From the sequence record SRR20825006_950: a DNA stretch of 48,094 bases, one strand, 5' to 3'. The translations under genes were made by a program, and so were the position numbers. Shown piece after piece: positions 38,522-48,094 of the stretch. The stretch's first letter is position 1. The number at the start of each line of letters is the position of its first letter. The notes under the pieces are model-generated. The model was given only the letters and a program-made list of their open reading frames with translations. It had not been told where the DNA came from and ran no database searches.

Positions 38522-39970
38522 ATGACAACCCAACCCAAACCTGCAGTATTACTCATTGGTGGCCTCGATCCCCAGGGCTGCGCCGGCATCGCGGCCGATA
38601 TCGCGACGGTTCAGCATCACGACTGTCATGCTTTGCCGTTGATCACTGCGATGACTGAGCAGACTTCGGCAGGTCTTACAGAGCTCGGCGCGGTCAGCCC
38701 GGCAAAACTGCTGGCACAGTTTGAAAACTGTAGGGCAGATTTTGAGATTGCTGCCGTCAAAATCGGCTTGATTCCCAATCTCGAGATTGCTGAGTGCATT
38801 AAACAGATCCTGCAGCAACTGGAAGGTATTCCAGTCGTGCTGGACCCGGTGCTGGCCAGTACCAGTGGCGGTGAGTCAGTAGCGGCGGAGGTGCAGGCTT
38901 ATATCTGTTCGGAGTTGATGCCACTGATTTTTTTGCTGACCCCGAATCTGCCGGAACTGAGCTTGCTCGCCGGGGGGACGGATCCTGAACAAGGTGCCCG
39001 GGAGCTTCGTAAAGCCGGTCTTAATGCGTGTCTGGTGAAAGGGGGGCATAGCGACAGCCAATTTGCCAGCGACTATTTTGTCTTTGAAGAGACCGGGTTT
39101 TATTGCTACCAGGAAAAACGGGATAAGCAAGTGCGTGGTACAGGCTGCGTGATGGCCTCATCAATTGCAGCCCATCTGGCGAGCGGTCAGGATATCCGCG
39201 ATGCGGTGGTGCTGGCCAAGGCCTATGTTTCCAGAGGCATTCGATTATCCGAGAGAGCAGGGCCTTACCAGGTCATTGCCCATAGCCGTGAGCCGATGAA
39301 GCTGGAAGATATCCCCAGGCTTTGTTATCAGGCGGCGCTGATTGGCAAACAGTTTCATTTCCCCAGTTGCCCTGAACGTTTGGGCATTTATCCTGTGGTG
39401 GATAGCAGTGATTGGATTAAAAAGCTGGTGGATGAGGGCATTCAAACCCTCCAGCTGCGGGTGAAAGATCGTAATGAGACCGAAACCTGGCAGGAAATTA
39501 AACAGGCACTGTCACATCTGAGTGGCAATCAGGTCAGCTTTTTCGTCAATGATCACTGGCAACTGGCGATTGATGCCGGTGCTTATGGTGTGCACCTGGG
39601 GCAGGAGGATTTGCATGATGCCCATCTGCAGACGATTGCTGACGCCGGATTGAGGCTGGGTATTTCAACGCATTCTTACTGGGAACTGGCACGGGCTCTG
39701 GCAGTTAATCCGAGTTATATCGCGCTGGGACCGATTTACGAAACAACCAGTAAACAGATGCCTTTTTCACCTCAGGGGATCGAACGCCTGCAACAGTGGG
39801 TGGATATTTTGTCTGAGCGTTACCCGGTGGTGGCCATCGGCGGCATTAACCATGAACGGGCGCGGGAATTACAACCCACCGGGGTTGGCTCGGTGGCGAT
39901 GATTACGGCCATTACACTGGCTGAGGATTACCGTGCCGCGACGCAGGAATTGTTGTCGCTCTGGCAATAA
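38522..39970 (+). CDS. thiE: Fused HMP(-P) kinase ThiD / thiamine-phosphate synthase ThiE
   Basis: N-half: GGLDP.G.AG..AD, VLDPVL, LTPNLPE, KGGH, RGTGC. C-half: QLRVK, VNDHW, GVHLGQED, GISTH, VAIGGI. Confidence 0.9.
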   Translation: MTTQPKPAVLLIGGLDPQGCAGIAADIATVQHHDCHALPLITAMTEQTSAGLTELGAVSPAKLLAQFENCRADFEIAAVKIGLIPNLEIAECIKQILQQLEGIPVVLDPVLASTSGGESVAAEVQAYICSELMPLIFLLTPNLPELSLLAGGTDPEQGARELRKAGLNACLVKGGHSDSQFASDYFVFEETGFYCYQEKRDKQVRGTGCVMASSIAAHLASGQDIRDAVVLAKAYVSRGIRLSERAGPYQVIAHSREPMKLEDIPRLCYQAALIGKQFHFPSCPERLGIYPVVDSSDWIKKLVDEGIQTLQLRVKDRNETETWQEIKQALSHLSGNQVSFFVNDHWQLAIDAGAYGVHLGQEDLHDAHLQTIADAGLRLGISTHSYWELARALAVNPSYIALGPIYETTSKQMPFSPQGIERLQQWVDILSERYPVVAIGGINHERARELQPTGVGSVAMITAITLAEDYRAATQELLSLWQ

Positions 39971-39972
39971 AT

Positions 39973-40662
39973 TCAGCTGTCGTTGCCGTACTCGTCAAAG
40001 TCACCCCATCTGGGTTCCAGTTCCGGCTGGGGTGTGCTTGATCGGCTCTCCCGGTAGTAAAGCGGGATATCATCACTGTTGACCAGCTGGTCATCATTAA
40101 TGACTGCATCAGGATTGGTATTGTCAATTTGTCGGGTTTTCGATTTTAAGGCTTCATTTTCTTTTGCCAGTTCTTCAACCCGTTTAATCAGGGTCTGATT
40201 TTCTTCCTGCAAGTTGGCCATTTGCTGTTGCAAAGCCACCAGTTCAGACAGAATTTTTGTGGTCGGCTGCGTGACCGGTGAAGTGACAGCCGCCGCACCC
40301 GCCGCAGCCATGCCCACGGCCGGATTTATCTCACTGGCATTATCAGCACTGGGTTCTTCAGCGGTGTCATCCGATGGGACTTCAGGCAAGGCGAGGGTAT
40401 CTTCAGTATTACTGCTATCGGTTTCAGCTTCGGTTGATTCCGTTGCGACTTCAGATTCTTTTTCCACAGTTTCTGACGTGCTTTCAGCATCGATATCGGC
40501 TGATTTCGACAGGAAAAAGAAACTGACAATAAGCGCAATTAACAGTATGGCGAGACCGGCAGCCACTTTAATCAGCAAAGACGTTGATAAACCTTTCTTT
40601 TTAGATTGGTCTTCCTGTCCCTCACCTTCTTCAAGAATCTCGTCAGCGGTATTTTCTGCCAT
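39973..40662 (-). CDS. Hypothetical single-pass membrane protein with acidic linker and coiled coil
   Basis: KKK then a hydrophobic helix, an E/S/T/D-rich stretch and a heptad region (LVALQQQMANLQEENQTL). Confidence 0.75.
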   Translation of the reverse strand: MAENTADEILEEGEGQEDQSKKKGLSTSLLIKVAAGLAILLIALIVSFFFLSKSADIDAESTSETVEKESEVATESTEAETDSSNTEDTLALPEVPSDDTAEEPSADNASEINPAVGMAAAGAAAVTSPVTQPTTKILSELVALQQQMANLQEENQTLIKRVEELAKENEALKSKTRQIDNTNPDAVINDDQLVNSDDIPLYYRESRSSTPQPELEPRWGDFDEYGNDS

Positions 40663-40728
40663 TGTGGTATTTGTCCTGTCAGTGTCCGATAGGGTTATCG
40701 GACACTGACAGCGATGCTTTACTTTTAA

Positions 40729-42606
40729 TCAGCTTGGCAGGCGGTTTTCGTCGAGGTTGCCATTATCATTTGTCGGCCCCTCGGTTTGTGCCGGATCGGT
40801 ATCGTCCTGAATTAATGAGACTACAGTCCAGCCGGTTTCCGGTGATGGCGATTCAGCCGCCGTGAAGAAGCGCAAACGCTTACGCGGGTTAAATGCAAAC
40901 AGCGGGGTCACGCGGCGACCATGCTGTTGCAGATAATCTTCAAAGCTGAAGTTTTCAGTCAGCTTGGTCTGTTTGATTTTAGCGCCACGCGAAATCAGGC
41001 TGGCCAGCTTGGCATAGGTGATTTCATTGCCAAACAGGGTATGTGAGTCGTGGCTTATCGCCTTGCGTGATTTAGCTTCGTTACGTTCTTTGTCTCTCTC
41101 TTTCTCGGTAGAGAGGAAGTAAACCTGATTACTGCCAAATTCCGTTTTGTAGCGCATACCGACCAGGGCATTAAGCTCACTTTGCGGTGTCAGCGCCAGA
41201 ACCTGGCCCAGTCCAATCAGATCCAGATGCCGGTCAGCATGCTCCGAGACGGCATTACCGTAATAAGTATCGAGACCACTCATCCGGGCTTCTTTAACAT
41301 TGGTCCAGCTGCCATCGGTGAGGCGGGTGCGGAAGCCATTCTCATTCAGGGCCTTGGCCACTGTTCGTGCCACCGGGTTCGCCCCCACAATCAGAAATCC
41401 ACTGTCTTCCGGTTCGGCAACGCCCAAACGCTTGGCAATAAATTTTGCCGTGGAGCCCTGTACCAGTACGGTACCGATGATGATGGCAAAAGCCAGCGGT
41501 ACCAGCAGTTCGGCGTTTTCCATACCGATGTCCTGCAGACGCAGTGCAAACAGGGCGGTGACCGCCGCTGCAACAATACCGCGCGGGCCGATCCAGCTGA
41601 TCATGGTTTTTTCCTGCCAGCTCAGATCCGAGCCAATTGTCGACAGAAAGACTTTAACCGGACGGGCGATAAACTGGATAAACAGGAACAGCAGTACTGC
41701 CCCCATGCCCAGTTGCTCAAAGGAGGCGAAGTTGAGTCGTGCCGCCAGCAATATAAACAGGCCGGAAATCAGCAGAATGCTCAGGTCTTCCTTGAAGTCG
41801 AGGATATTTTCGACCGACACGTTTTTCATATTGGCGAGCCAGATCCCCAGAATGGTGACGGTCAGCAGGCCGGACTCTTCCGAAATCTCATTGGAGATGG
41901 CAAAGGTACCGAATACCAGTGCCAGGGTACTGACGTTATGCAGGTATTCAGGCAGCCAGTGCCGGCGCAGTACAATGCCGAACAGATAGCCTGCGACAGC
42001 ACCAATCCCCACACCGACAGCGATAGTCTTAGCGAACATGTAGATCGTGTGTCCGACAGAAACATGACCCTGCAACTGAATTGATAGCAGTACTTCAAAT
42101 ACCAGTACCGCCAGAATGGCACCGAGAGGGTCAATGACAATGCCTTCCCAGCGCAGGATATTGGAGATTTTGGCATTGGGTCGTACGGTTCGGAGCATGG
42201 GCACAATCACTGTCGGACCGGTGACAACCATGATTGCACCGAACAGGATTGATAAGCCCCAGGAAAAGTCCAGAAGCAAATGGGTCGCGACCGCAATCAG
42301 GCTCCAGGTAATTAATACACCGACGGTGAGAATGTTGCGGACCACACGCTGCAGCCCGCGTATGTCTTCGAATTTGAGGGTCAGACTCCCTTCAAACAGA
42401 ATCACGGCCACGGCGAGAGAGACCATCGGGAACAGAAGGTCGCCAAACAGCGCTTCAGGATTGAGCCAGCCGGTTAAAGGGCCCAGCACGATGCCGGCAA
42501 TCAGCAGGAAAACAATCGCAGGGAGTTTTATCCACCAGGCAAACCACTGACAGAGGATGGCGACGATTCCGATGACTGATAGCGCGACGACGGCTTCCTG
42601 ATTCAT
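40729..42606 (-). CDS. CPA1-family (NhaP-type) cation:proton antiporter with cytoplasmic C-terminal domain
   Basis: ILFEGSL, VTGPTV, LRWEGIVIDP, WIGPRGIVAAA. Confidence 0.92.
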   Translation of the reverse strand: MNQEAVVALSVIGIVAILCQWFAWWIKLPAIVFLLIAGIVLGPLTGWLNPEALFGDLLFPMVSLAVAVILFEGSLTLKFEDIRGLQRVVRNILTVGVLITWSLIAVATHLLLDFSWGLSILFGAIMVVTGPTVIVPMLRTVRPNAKISNILRWEGIVIDPLGAILAVLVFEVLLSIQLQGHVSVGHTIYMFAKTIAVGVGIGAVAGYLFGIVLRRHWLPEYLHNVSTLALVFGTFAISNEISEESGLLTVTILGIWLANMKNVSVENILDFKEDLSILLISGLFILLAARLNFASFEQLGMGAVLLFLFIQFIARPVKVFLSTIGSDLSWQEKTMISWIGPRGIVAAAVTALFALRLQDIGMENAELLVPLAFAIIIGTVLVQGSTAKFIAKRLGVAEPEDSGFLIVGANPVARTVAKALNENGFRTRLTDGSWTNVKEARMSGLDTYYGNAVSEHADRHLDLIGLGQVLALTPQSELNALVGMRYKTEFGSNQVYFLSTEKERDKERNEAKSRKAISHDSHTLFGNEITYAKLASLISRGAKIKQTKLTENFSFEDYLQQHGRRVTPLFAFNPRKRLRFFTAAESPSPETGWTVVSLIQDDTDPAQTEGPTNDNGNLDENRLPS

Positions 42607-42686
42607 TCCTTACCCTGGCTCATCCGAGCATTATTAAAACAGTCTGCAATGGTGACACTAAATGCCCCCAGCGGAAAGGGGGAGGC

Positions 42687-43535
42687 TCAGCGTAGCAGCC
42701 TAATCTCGGCGCGGCGGTTGCGGGCACGACCCTCGACAGTTTTATTACTGGCTGCCGGTTTGTGGTCGATAAATGACTGTATTCGGATCAGCTCCGCCGG
42801 TAGTTCATGTTCCTTCAAAAGATAGGTTTTGACTGCATGTGCGCGTGCATCTGAAAGCGGTTCATTGACTCTTTTGCGGCCGTAATTGTCGGTATGGCTA
42901 CTGATCCGGACTTGGCGGATGCTGTCATCCAGCTTCACATAATCCGCCAGGCGGTTAAGTGCTTTTTTGCTGGCAGCATCCAGCGTGGCTTTGCCCAGCG
43001 GGAAATAGACCGTGAGCTTGCTGATTTCTTCAAAGCTGTCCGGGTGCAGGTTTTGCAGGCATTGCTGGAAAGCAGGCAGGGAATCATTGAGTCTGATTGT
43101 GGATAACATGACTCTGATGTCTCTGGAAAAGGATTGTGATTGGTATTCAATAAGCGGAAAGCGACCTTCCTGCAACTGGGCCAGCGCTTCCAGAGCCACG
43201 CTGCCTTCGATCTGAAAACGGGTCTGGCCGGCCTGGGTCGGCAGGCTGGTCAGCGTTTCGAGCTCGTCACTGTTCTGCCAGGGTGCCGGGGCAATCTGAA
43301 ATTGCACATTATTCTGTTCTGCCGGTTGTGACAGGGTATTGAATACCAGCTTGAGAGCGGAGCCGTTGCGGCGATAAAAACCGGCGTTACCAAAGCCCGG
43401 GATTTCCTGGGTCAGAGAACATTCCAGTGGTGATTCCACCACCTGCCAGCGGGTATCCGTCACCGGTGCCTGAAACTGCTCGGCAAGCAGAGGCTGGGTA
43501 AACAGGCAGCTGAGTAGAAATAAGAATTTTTTCAT
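42687..43535 (-). CDS. motY: MotY-like OmpA-family protein
   Basis: N-terminal W....SPLECSL.Q.IP.FG.A.F (MotY N-domain) and C-terminal OmpA motif HTD..G....N..LS..RA...NRR. Confidence 0.8.
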   Translation of the reverse strand: MKKFLFLLSCLFTQPLLAEQFQAPVTDTRWQVVESPLECSLTQEIPGFGNAGFYRRNGSALKLVFNTLSQPAEQNNVQFQIAPAPWQNSDELETLTSLPTQAGQTRFQIEGSVALEALAQLQEGRFPLIEYQSQSFSRDIRVMLSTIRLNDSLPAFQQCLQNLHPDSFEEISKLTVYFPLGKATLDAASKKALNRLADYVKLDDSIRQVRISSHTDNYGRKRVNEPLSDARAHAVKTYLLKEHELPAELIRIQSFIDHKPAASNKTVEGRARNRRAEIRLLR

Positions 43536-44050
43536 CAGTATTGAATCAGTGAGTGCAGGGGATAATGAGCAAGCTGTTCACGGCCGCCAAGAAAAGTCAG
43601 TTCCATCACAAAAGCACAGGCGATGACCTCACCACCCAGCATTTCCACCAGTTCACAACTGGCCCTGGCCGTGCCGCCAGTCGCTAAAACATCGTCGATA
43701 AGTAAAATGCGGTCGCCGGGACTGATGGCATCAATATGCGCTTCGAGCGAGGCATTGCCATATTCCAGGTCGTAATCCACACGCTGCACGTCGTAAGGCA
43801 GTTTGCCCGGCTTGCGCAGCGGGATAAAACCCACATCCAGCTCCCAGGCGGCCAGAGAGCCGAAAATAAAACCACGGGCTTCCATACCGGCGACAGCGGT
43901 AATGTTTTGATCACGGTAGGGGCTAATTAAAGCTTCAACACATTCTTTTAAGGTGGCCGGGTCCCTAACCAGCGGTGTGATATCTTTAAACACCACGCCC
44001 GGCTTGGGAAAGTCGACAATATCTCGGATTTTGTTTTTCAAAGTTTCCAT
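43535..44050 (-). CDS. apt: Adenine phosphoribosyltransferase
   Basis: DFPKPGVVFKDIT, EARGFIFG, RKPGKLP, Y.LEYG, IDDVLATGGT. Confidence 0.98.
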   Translation of the reverse strand: METLKNKIRDIVDFPKPGVVFKDITPLVRDPATLKECVEALISPYRDQNITAVAGMEARGFIFGSLAAWELDVGFIPLRKPGKLPYDVQRVDYDLEYGNASLEAHIDAISPGDRILLIDDVLATGGTARASCELVEMLGGEVIACAFVMELTFLGGREQLAHYPLHSLIQY

Positions 44051-44150
44051 CAGGCTAGCATTGAGTCCAGTCGAAGTGGCCGTTTATTATATCGGCAGCC
44101 CGGCGTGAGTTTTTAGCCCGTCTTCAAACCATCATTAAAAAGGAGCTGTT

Positions 44151-44789
44151 TTGAAAGCCCTGACACACGTTTTCAAACTTATCTTGCTGCTCAGTCTGAC
44201 CAGTCTGCTCAGTGCCTGTTTCAGCTGGGGTGGTGGCGAGGATGAATCCGACACGCCGCGCTATTATGTGGTGGATGTGGACCGTGGCACAGTCGCTCAG
44301 GAATTTGCCCGCGACCGCGTTTTATTACTCAAACCGGTCAGGGTTGTACCGCATTTTCGTGATAAAACCATCGTATTCCGGGTCAACGACAGTGAGTATC
44401 AGGCGCAGCCGCCCCATGAGCTGTTTACAGAACCGGAAGAGATGTTCACCGCTCAACTTAAACGCTGGCTGCAGAAATCCGGCCTGTTCAGTCAGGTGGT
44501 CACCGATGAATCTGTAGATGCCGATCTGGTGCTAGAGTCGGCCGTTACGGCACTTTACGGTGAGAAACGGCCTGAGTACTCCCCCCAGGCCGTACTGGAA
44601 ATGCAGTTCTTTATGACCGCAGCAGATGACAAGAAAAACCTGTTCCAGACAGGGCTCAGAGCCGATGTCGATATTGAAGAAACCACGCCGGGAAATGTTG
44701 TAACAGGATGGAAACAAGGGCTTGAAGAACTTCTCGCGACTTTGGAGCAGGATTTAAGCGCTTATTTTGCCAAAGTCGATGCTAGGTAG
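44151..44789 (+). CDS. PqiC-like ABC-type transport auxiliary lipoprotein
   Basis: Lipobox LLSAC, RYY...IVFR..., LQKSGLFSQV. TTG start after AAGGAG. Confidence 0.7.
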   Translation: MKALTHVFKLILLLSLTSLLSACFSWGGGEDESDTPRYYVVDVDRGTVAQEFARDRVLLLKPVRVVPHFRDKTIVFRVNDSEYQAQPPHELFTEPEEMFTAQLKRWLQKSGLFSQVVTDESVDADLVLESAVTALYGEKRPEYSPQAVLEMQFFMTAADDKKNLFQTGLRADVDIEETTPGNVVTGWKQGLEELLATLEQDLSAYFAKVDAR

Positions 44790-44896
44790 CAGTTAGAGAT
44801 TAGCGTGCAGGAAATCGCCGTTGGTGGTAGGATTATCGCTTTGGTGGATAAGTTCACCTGTTGCAGATAGCTAAGCTTTAACTGGACGAATAATCA

Positions 44897-47509
44897 ATGA
44901 GTGAAATTGCCTTAGAACTGGATTCGATAGGTATCGAAGCCGAGATGAAGCAATCGTACCTGGATTATGCCATGAGCGTAATCGTGGGACGGGCGCTGCC
45001 GGATGTTCGCGATGGTCTGAAACCGGTTCACCGCCGGGTTCTGTATGCAATGCGGGAACTGGGCAACAGTTGGAACAGCCCTTATAAAAAGTCTGCCCGT
45101 ATCGTCGGTGACGTTATCGGTAAATATCACCCGCATGGTGATACCGCTGTTTACGACACCATGGTACGGATGGCTCAGCCATTCTCAATGCGTTACATGC
45201 TGGTTGATGGTCAGGGTAACTTCGGTTCGGTTGACGGCGATTCACCGGCAGCGATGCGTTACACCGAAGTACGCATGGCCAAGATCACCCATGAAATGCT
45301 GGCTGATCTGGAAAAAGAAACAGTCGATTTCATTCCCAATTACGACGAGTCGGAATCCGAGCCGGCTGTACTGCCTACCAAAATTCCGGCGCTGCTGGTT
45401 AATGGTTCTTCCGGTATCGCGGTCGGTATGGCGACCAATATCCCACCGCATAATCTGACCGAAGTGCTCAATGCCGCAGTTGCGATGATTGATGATCCGG
45501 CTATCGGCCTGCCAGAGCTGATGGAACATATCCCAGGTCCGGACTTCCCGACTTCAGCCATTATCAACGGCGCCCGCGGTATTGCCGAAGCCTATGCAAC
45601 CGGCCGTGGCCGCGTCCACATCCGTGCCCGTGCCGATATCGAAACCAACGAAGCCACTGGTCAGCAGAGCATTGTCGTTAATGAACTGCCTTATCAGGTC
45701 AACAAGGCCCGCCTGCTGGAAAAAATTGCCGAGCTGGTCAAAGACAAGAAAATCGAAGGTATTTCAGCGCTGCGCGATGAGTCTGACAAGGACGGCATGC
45801 GCATGGTTATCGTGCTTAAGCGCGGTGAAGTGCCGGAAGTTATCCTTAACAACCTCTATCAGCAGACCCAATTGCAGACCGTGTTCGGCATCAATATGGT
45901 GGCGATTGTCGATGGTCAGCCGCGTACGCTGAATCTGAAAGAAGTTTTACAAGCATTTATCCGTCACCGCCGTGAAGTGGTGACACGTCGTTCTATCTAC
46001 GACCTGCGTAAAGCCCGTGAACGCGCCCACATTTTGGAAGGGTTGGCGACCGCACTGGCCAATATCGATGAAGTCATTGAACTCATCAAGTCCTCACCGA
46101 ACCCTGCTGAAGCCAAGCAGGCACTGGTTGCTAAAGGCTGGGCATCGGATCTGATCCAGGAAATGCTCGGTGCTGCCGGCGCTGAGGCGTCACGGCCTGA
46201 AGATTTGCCTGAGGAACTGGGTCTGGTCGAAGGACTTTATTATCTTTCACCGGCCCAGGCTCAGGCGATTCTGGATATGCGCCTGCACCGTCTGACTGGA
46301 TTGGAACAGGACAAAATTCTCGATGAGTATCGTGAAGTTTTGAACCTGATCGGTGAATTACTCGCTATTCTCAGTGATCCGGATAACCTGATGGCCGTCA
46401 TTCGTGATGAACTGATTGCAGTCAAGGATGAATACGGTGATGAACGTCGTACCGAAATTCTGGCCAATCATCTGGATCTGACGCTGGAAGATCTGATCAG
46501 CGAAGAAGAGATGGTGGTCACACTGTCTCACGCCGGTTACGCCAAAACCACTCAGTTGGATACTTATCAGGCACAGAAACGCGGGGGTAAGGGTAAAGCC
46601 GCAACCGGCATGAAAGATGAAGACTTTGTCGAACATCTGTTTGTGGCGAACACCCATGACACCCTGCTGTGTTTCTCCAGTTTCGGTAAGGTCTATTGGA
46701 AAAAAGTTTATGAACTGCCGCAGGGTGGTCGTACCGCACGCGGTAAGCCAATCGTCAACCTGCTGCCACTGGAAGAAGGCGAACGCATCAACGCTGTCTT
46801 GCCGATCCGCGAGTATGAAGCCGATAAATTCATCTTCATGGCAACCGCCTCCGGTACGGTGAAGAAAACGCCGCTGGTGGATTATTCACGCCCCCGTTCC
46901 AGCGGCATCATTGCCGTCGATCTGAAAGACGATGATCGTCTGGTGGATGTAGCGGTGACTGACGGTCACTCGGATGTGATGCTGTTCAGTTCGGCCGGTA
47001 AAGTGATTCGCTTCCCTGAGACCGATGTCCGTTCCATGGGCCGGGTTTCGCGTGGTGTCCGCGGTATGCGGCTTGCGGCGGATGAGCGCATCATTGCACT
47101 GATTATTGCTCAGGAAGAAGGCGCCATCCTGACTGCGACCGAATTTGGTTACGGTAAACGCACCGATCTGGCTGAATACCGGGTTCAGGGTCGTGGTGGC
47201 CAGGGCATTATTTCGATTCAGACTTCCGCCCGTAACGGCAGCGTTGTGGGGGCCGTGCAGGTCTGCGATGAAGATCAGATCATGTTGATCACCAACGGCG
47301 GCACGCTGGTACGCACGCCGGTTAAACATGTATCACTGGTTGGTCGTAACACCCAGGGTGTGCGTCTCATTAACCTCAGCAACGATGAAAAACTGGTCGG
47401 TGTGGAACGGGTGATTGAAGATGAAGAAGACGCCGAACTGCCAGTAGGTGATGACGAAGACGCCGAACTGTCGGTGGGTGATGACGAAGACACAGCAACA
47501 GAAGAGTAA
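44897..47509 (+). CDS. gyrA: DNA gyrase subunit A
   Basis: [25 protein letters not shown], GyrA-box QKRGGKG and acidic tail. Confidence 0.99.
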   Translation: MSEIALELDSIGIEAEMKQSYLDYAMSVIVGRALPDVRDGLKPVHRRVLYAMRELGNSWNSPYKKSARIVGDVIGKYHPHGDTAVYDTMVRMAQPFSMRYMLVDGQGNFGSVDGDSPAAMRYTEVRMAKITHEMLADLEKETVDFIPNYDESESEPAVLPTKIPALLVNGSSGIAVGMATNIPPHNLTEVLNAAVAMIDDPAIGLPELMEHIPGPDFPTSAIINGARGIAEAYATGRGRVHIRARADIETNEATGQQSIVVNELPYQVNKARLLEKIAELVKDKKIEGISALRDESDKDGMRMVIVLKRGEVPEVILNNLYQQTQLQTVFGINMVAIVDGQPRTLNLKEVLQAFIRHRREVVTRRSIYDLRKARERAHILEGLATALANIDEVIELIKSSPNPAEAKQALVAKGWASDLIQEMLGAAGAEASRPEDLPEELGLVEGLYYLSPAQAQAILDMRLHRLTGLEQDKILDEYREVLNLIGELLAILSDPDNLMAVIRDELIAVKDEYGDERRTEILANHLDLTLEDLISEEEMVVTLSHAGYAKTTQLDTYQAQKRGGKGKAATGMKDEDFVEHLFVANTHDTLLCFSSFGKVYWKKVYELPQGGRTARGKPIVNLLPLEEGERINAVLPIREYEADKFIFMATASGTVKKTPLVDYSRPRSSGIIAVDLKDDDRLVDVAVTDGHSDVMLFSSAGKVIRFPETDVRSMGRVSRGVRGMRLAADERIIALIIAQEEGAILTATEFGYGKRTDLAEYRVQGRGGQGIISIQTSARNGSVVGAVQVCDEDQIMLITNGGTLVRTPVKHVSLVGRNTQGVRLINLSNDEKLVGVERVIEDEEDAELPVGDDEDAELSVGDDEDTATEE
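47420..47491 (+). repeat. 30-bp tandem repeat (about 2.4 copies) in the GyrA acidic tail
   Basis: gaagacgccgaactgccagtaggtgatgac / gaagacgccgaactgtcggtgggtgatgac encode [10 protein letters not shown] / [10 protein letters not shown]. Confidence 0.9.
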
Positions 47510-47511
47510 CT

Positions 47512-48094
47512 TTGAGAGCGTATAACTTTAGTGCCGGCCCGGCCATGTTGCCGGATGCCGTGATGAAACAGGCACAGCAGGAAATGCTGGACTGGCAGGG
47601 AACGGGCATGTCAGTGATGGAAATGAGCCATCGCGGCCCGGAATATACTTCGATCGCCGAAAAAGCCGAAGCGGATTTGCGCGAACTGATGGGGATTCCG
47701 GATGATTATGCCGTGCTGTTTCTACAGGGTGGAGCCTCATTACAGTTCCCGATGATTCCGATGAATCTGCTGCGAGGCAAGACCCGGGCGGATTACTTCA
47801 ACACCGGTGCCTGGTCAGGCAAAGCGATTGCGGAAGCCAGACATTTCTGTGATGTGAATGTGGCAACTGATTCCAGCAGTAATCGCTTTAGCACGGTGGC
47901 TGATGCCAGTGAATGGCAGTTGTCCGATGATGCGGCCTATGTGCATTACACGCCTAACGAGACCATTCACGGTCTGGAAATTCATGATGTGCCGGAGGTG
48001 GGCGATGTACCGCTGGTGGCTGATATGTCATCAACGATTCTGTCTCGCCCCATTGATGTCAGTAAATTCGGTCTGATTTACGCCGGTGCCCAGA
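47512..48094 (+). CDS. serC: Phosphoserine aminotransferase, 3' end outside window (absent from ORF track)
   Basis: TTG 47512 gives MRAYNFSAGPAMLP...SVMEMSHRG...LFLQGGA...NETIHG...ADMSS...GLIYAGAQ. Canonical gyrA-serC order. Confidence 0.97.
   Translation, partial: MRAYNFSAGPAMLPDAVMKQAQQEMLDWQGTGMSVMEMSHRGPEYTSIAEKAEADLRELMGIPDDYAVLFLQGGASLQFPMIPMNLLRGKTRADYFNTGAWSGKAIAEARHFCDVNVATDSSSNRFSTVADASEWQLSDDAAYVHYTPNETIHGLEIHDVPEVGDVPLVADMSSTILSRPIDVSKFGLIYAGAQ

Noticed and set aside
41182-42084. 300-aa and 229-aa plus-strand ORFs, and similar long antisense ORFs within purL, thiC, thiG, the SLT gene and gyrA
   Set aside because: They are antisense shadows of well-supported genes, explained by codon bias.

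Overview
Gammaproteobacterial chromosomal window. Gene content suggests a marine organism such as Methylophaga, but this is inference only. Housekeeping genes (pepN, purL, TPP riboswitch-thiC-thiO-thiS-thiG-thiD/E, apt, gyrA, serC) bracket an accessory patchwork at about 7.7-33.3 kb. That patchwork holds two diguanylate cyclases, cation/H+ antiporter and Usp genes, a pseudoazurin-like cupredoxin, quinol-type NO reductase, sodC, two secreted four-EF-hand proteins, GST, an orphan GspE-type ATPase and a lytic transglycosylase. Four signals stand out. (1) A ~150-nt leader is duplicated in front of both EF-hand genes and shows compensatory base changes in two stems plus a possible pseudoknot; it is a candidate cis-regulatory RNA that I do not recognise. 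(2) An integrase-less integron cassette array at 30.5-33.1 kb has an attI-like site and three attC sites with matching core-site pairs; its cassettes encode a HEPN-like, a PD-(D/E)XK-like and an HNH nuclease, all candidate anti-phage genes. (3) A frameshifted DUF559 endonuclease gene is flanked by two direct copies of a BoxC-like palindromic doublet, resembling a REPtron. (4) A third doublet in the thi operon carries a 71-bp multi-hairpin insertion. I saw no CRISPR array, rRNA or tRNA.
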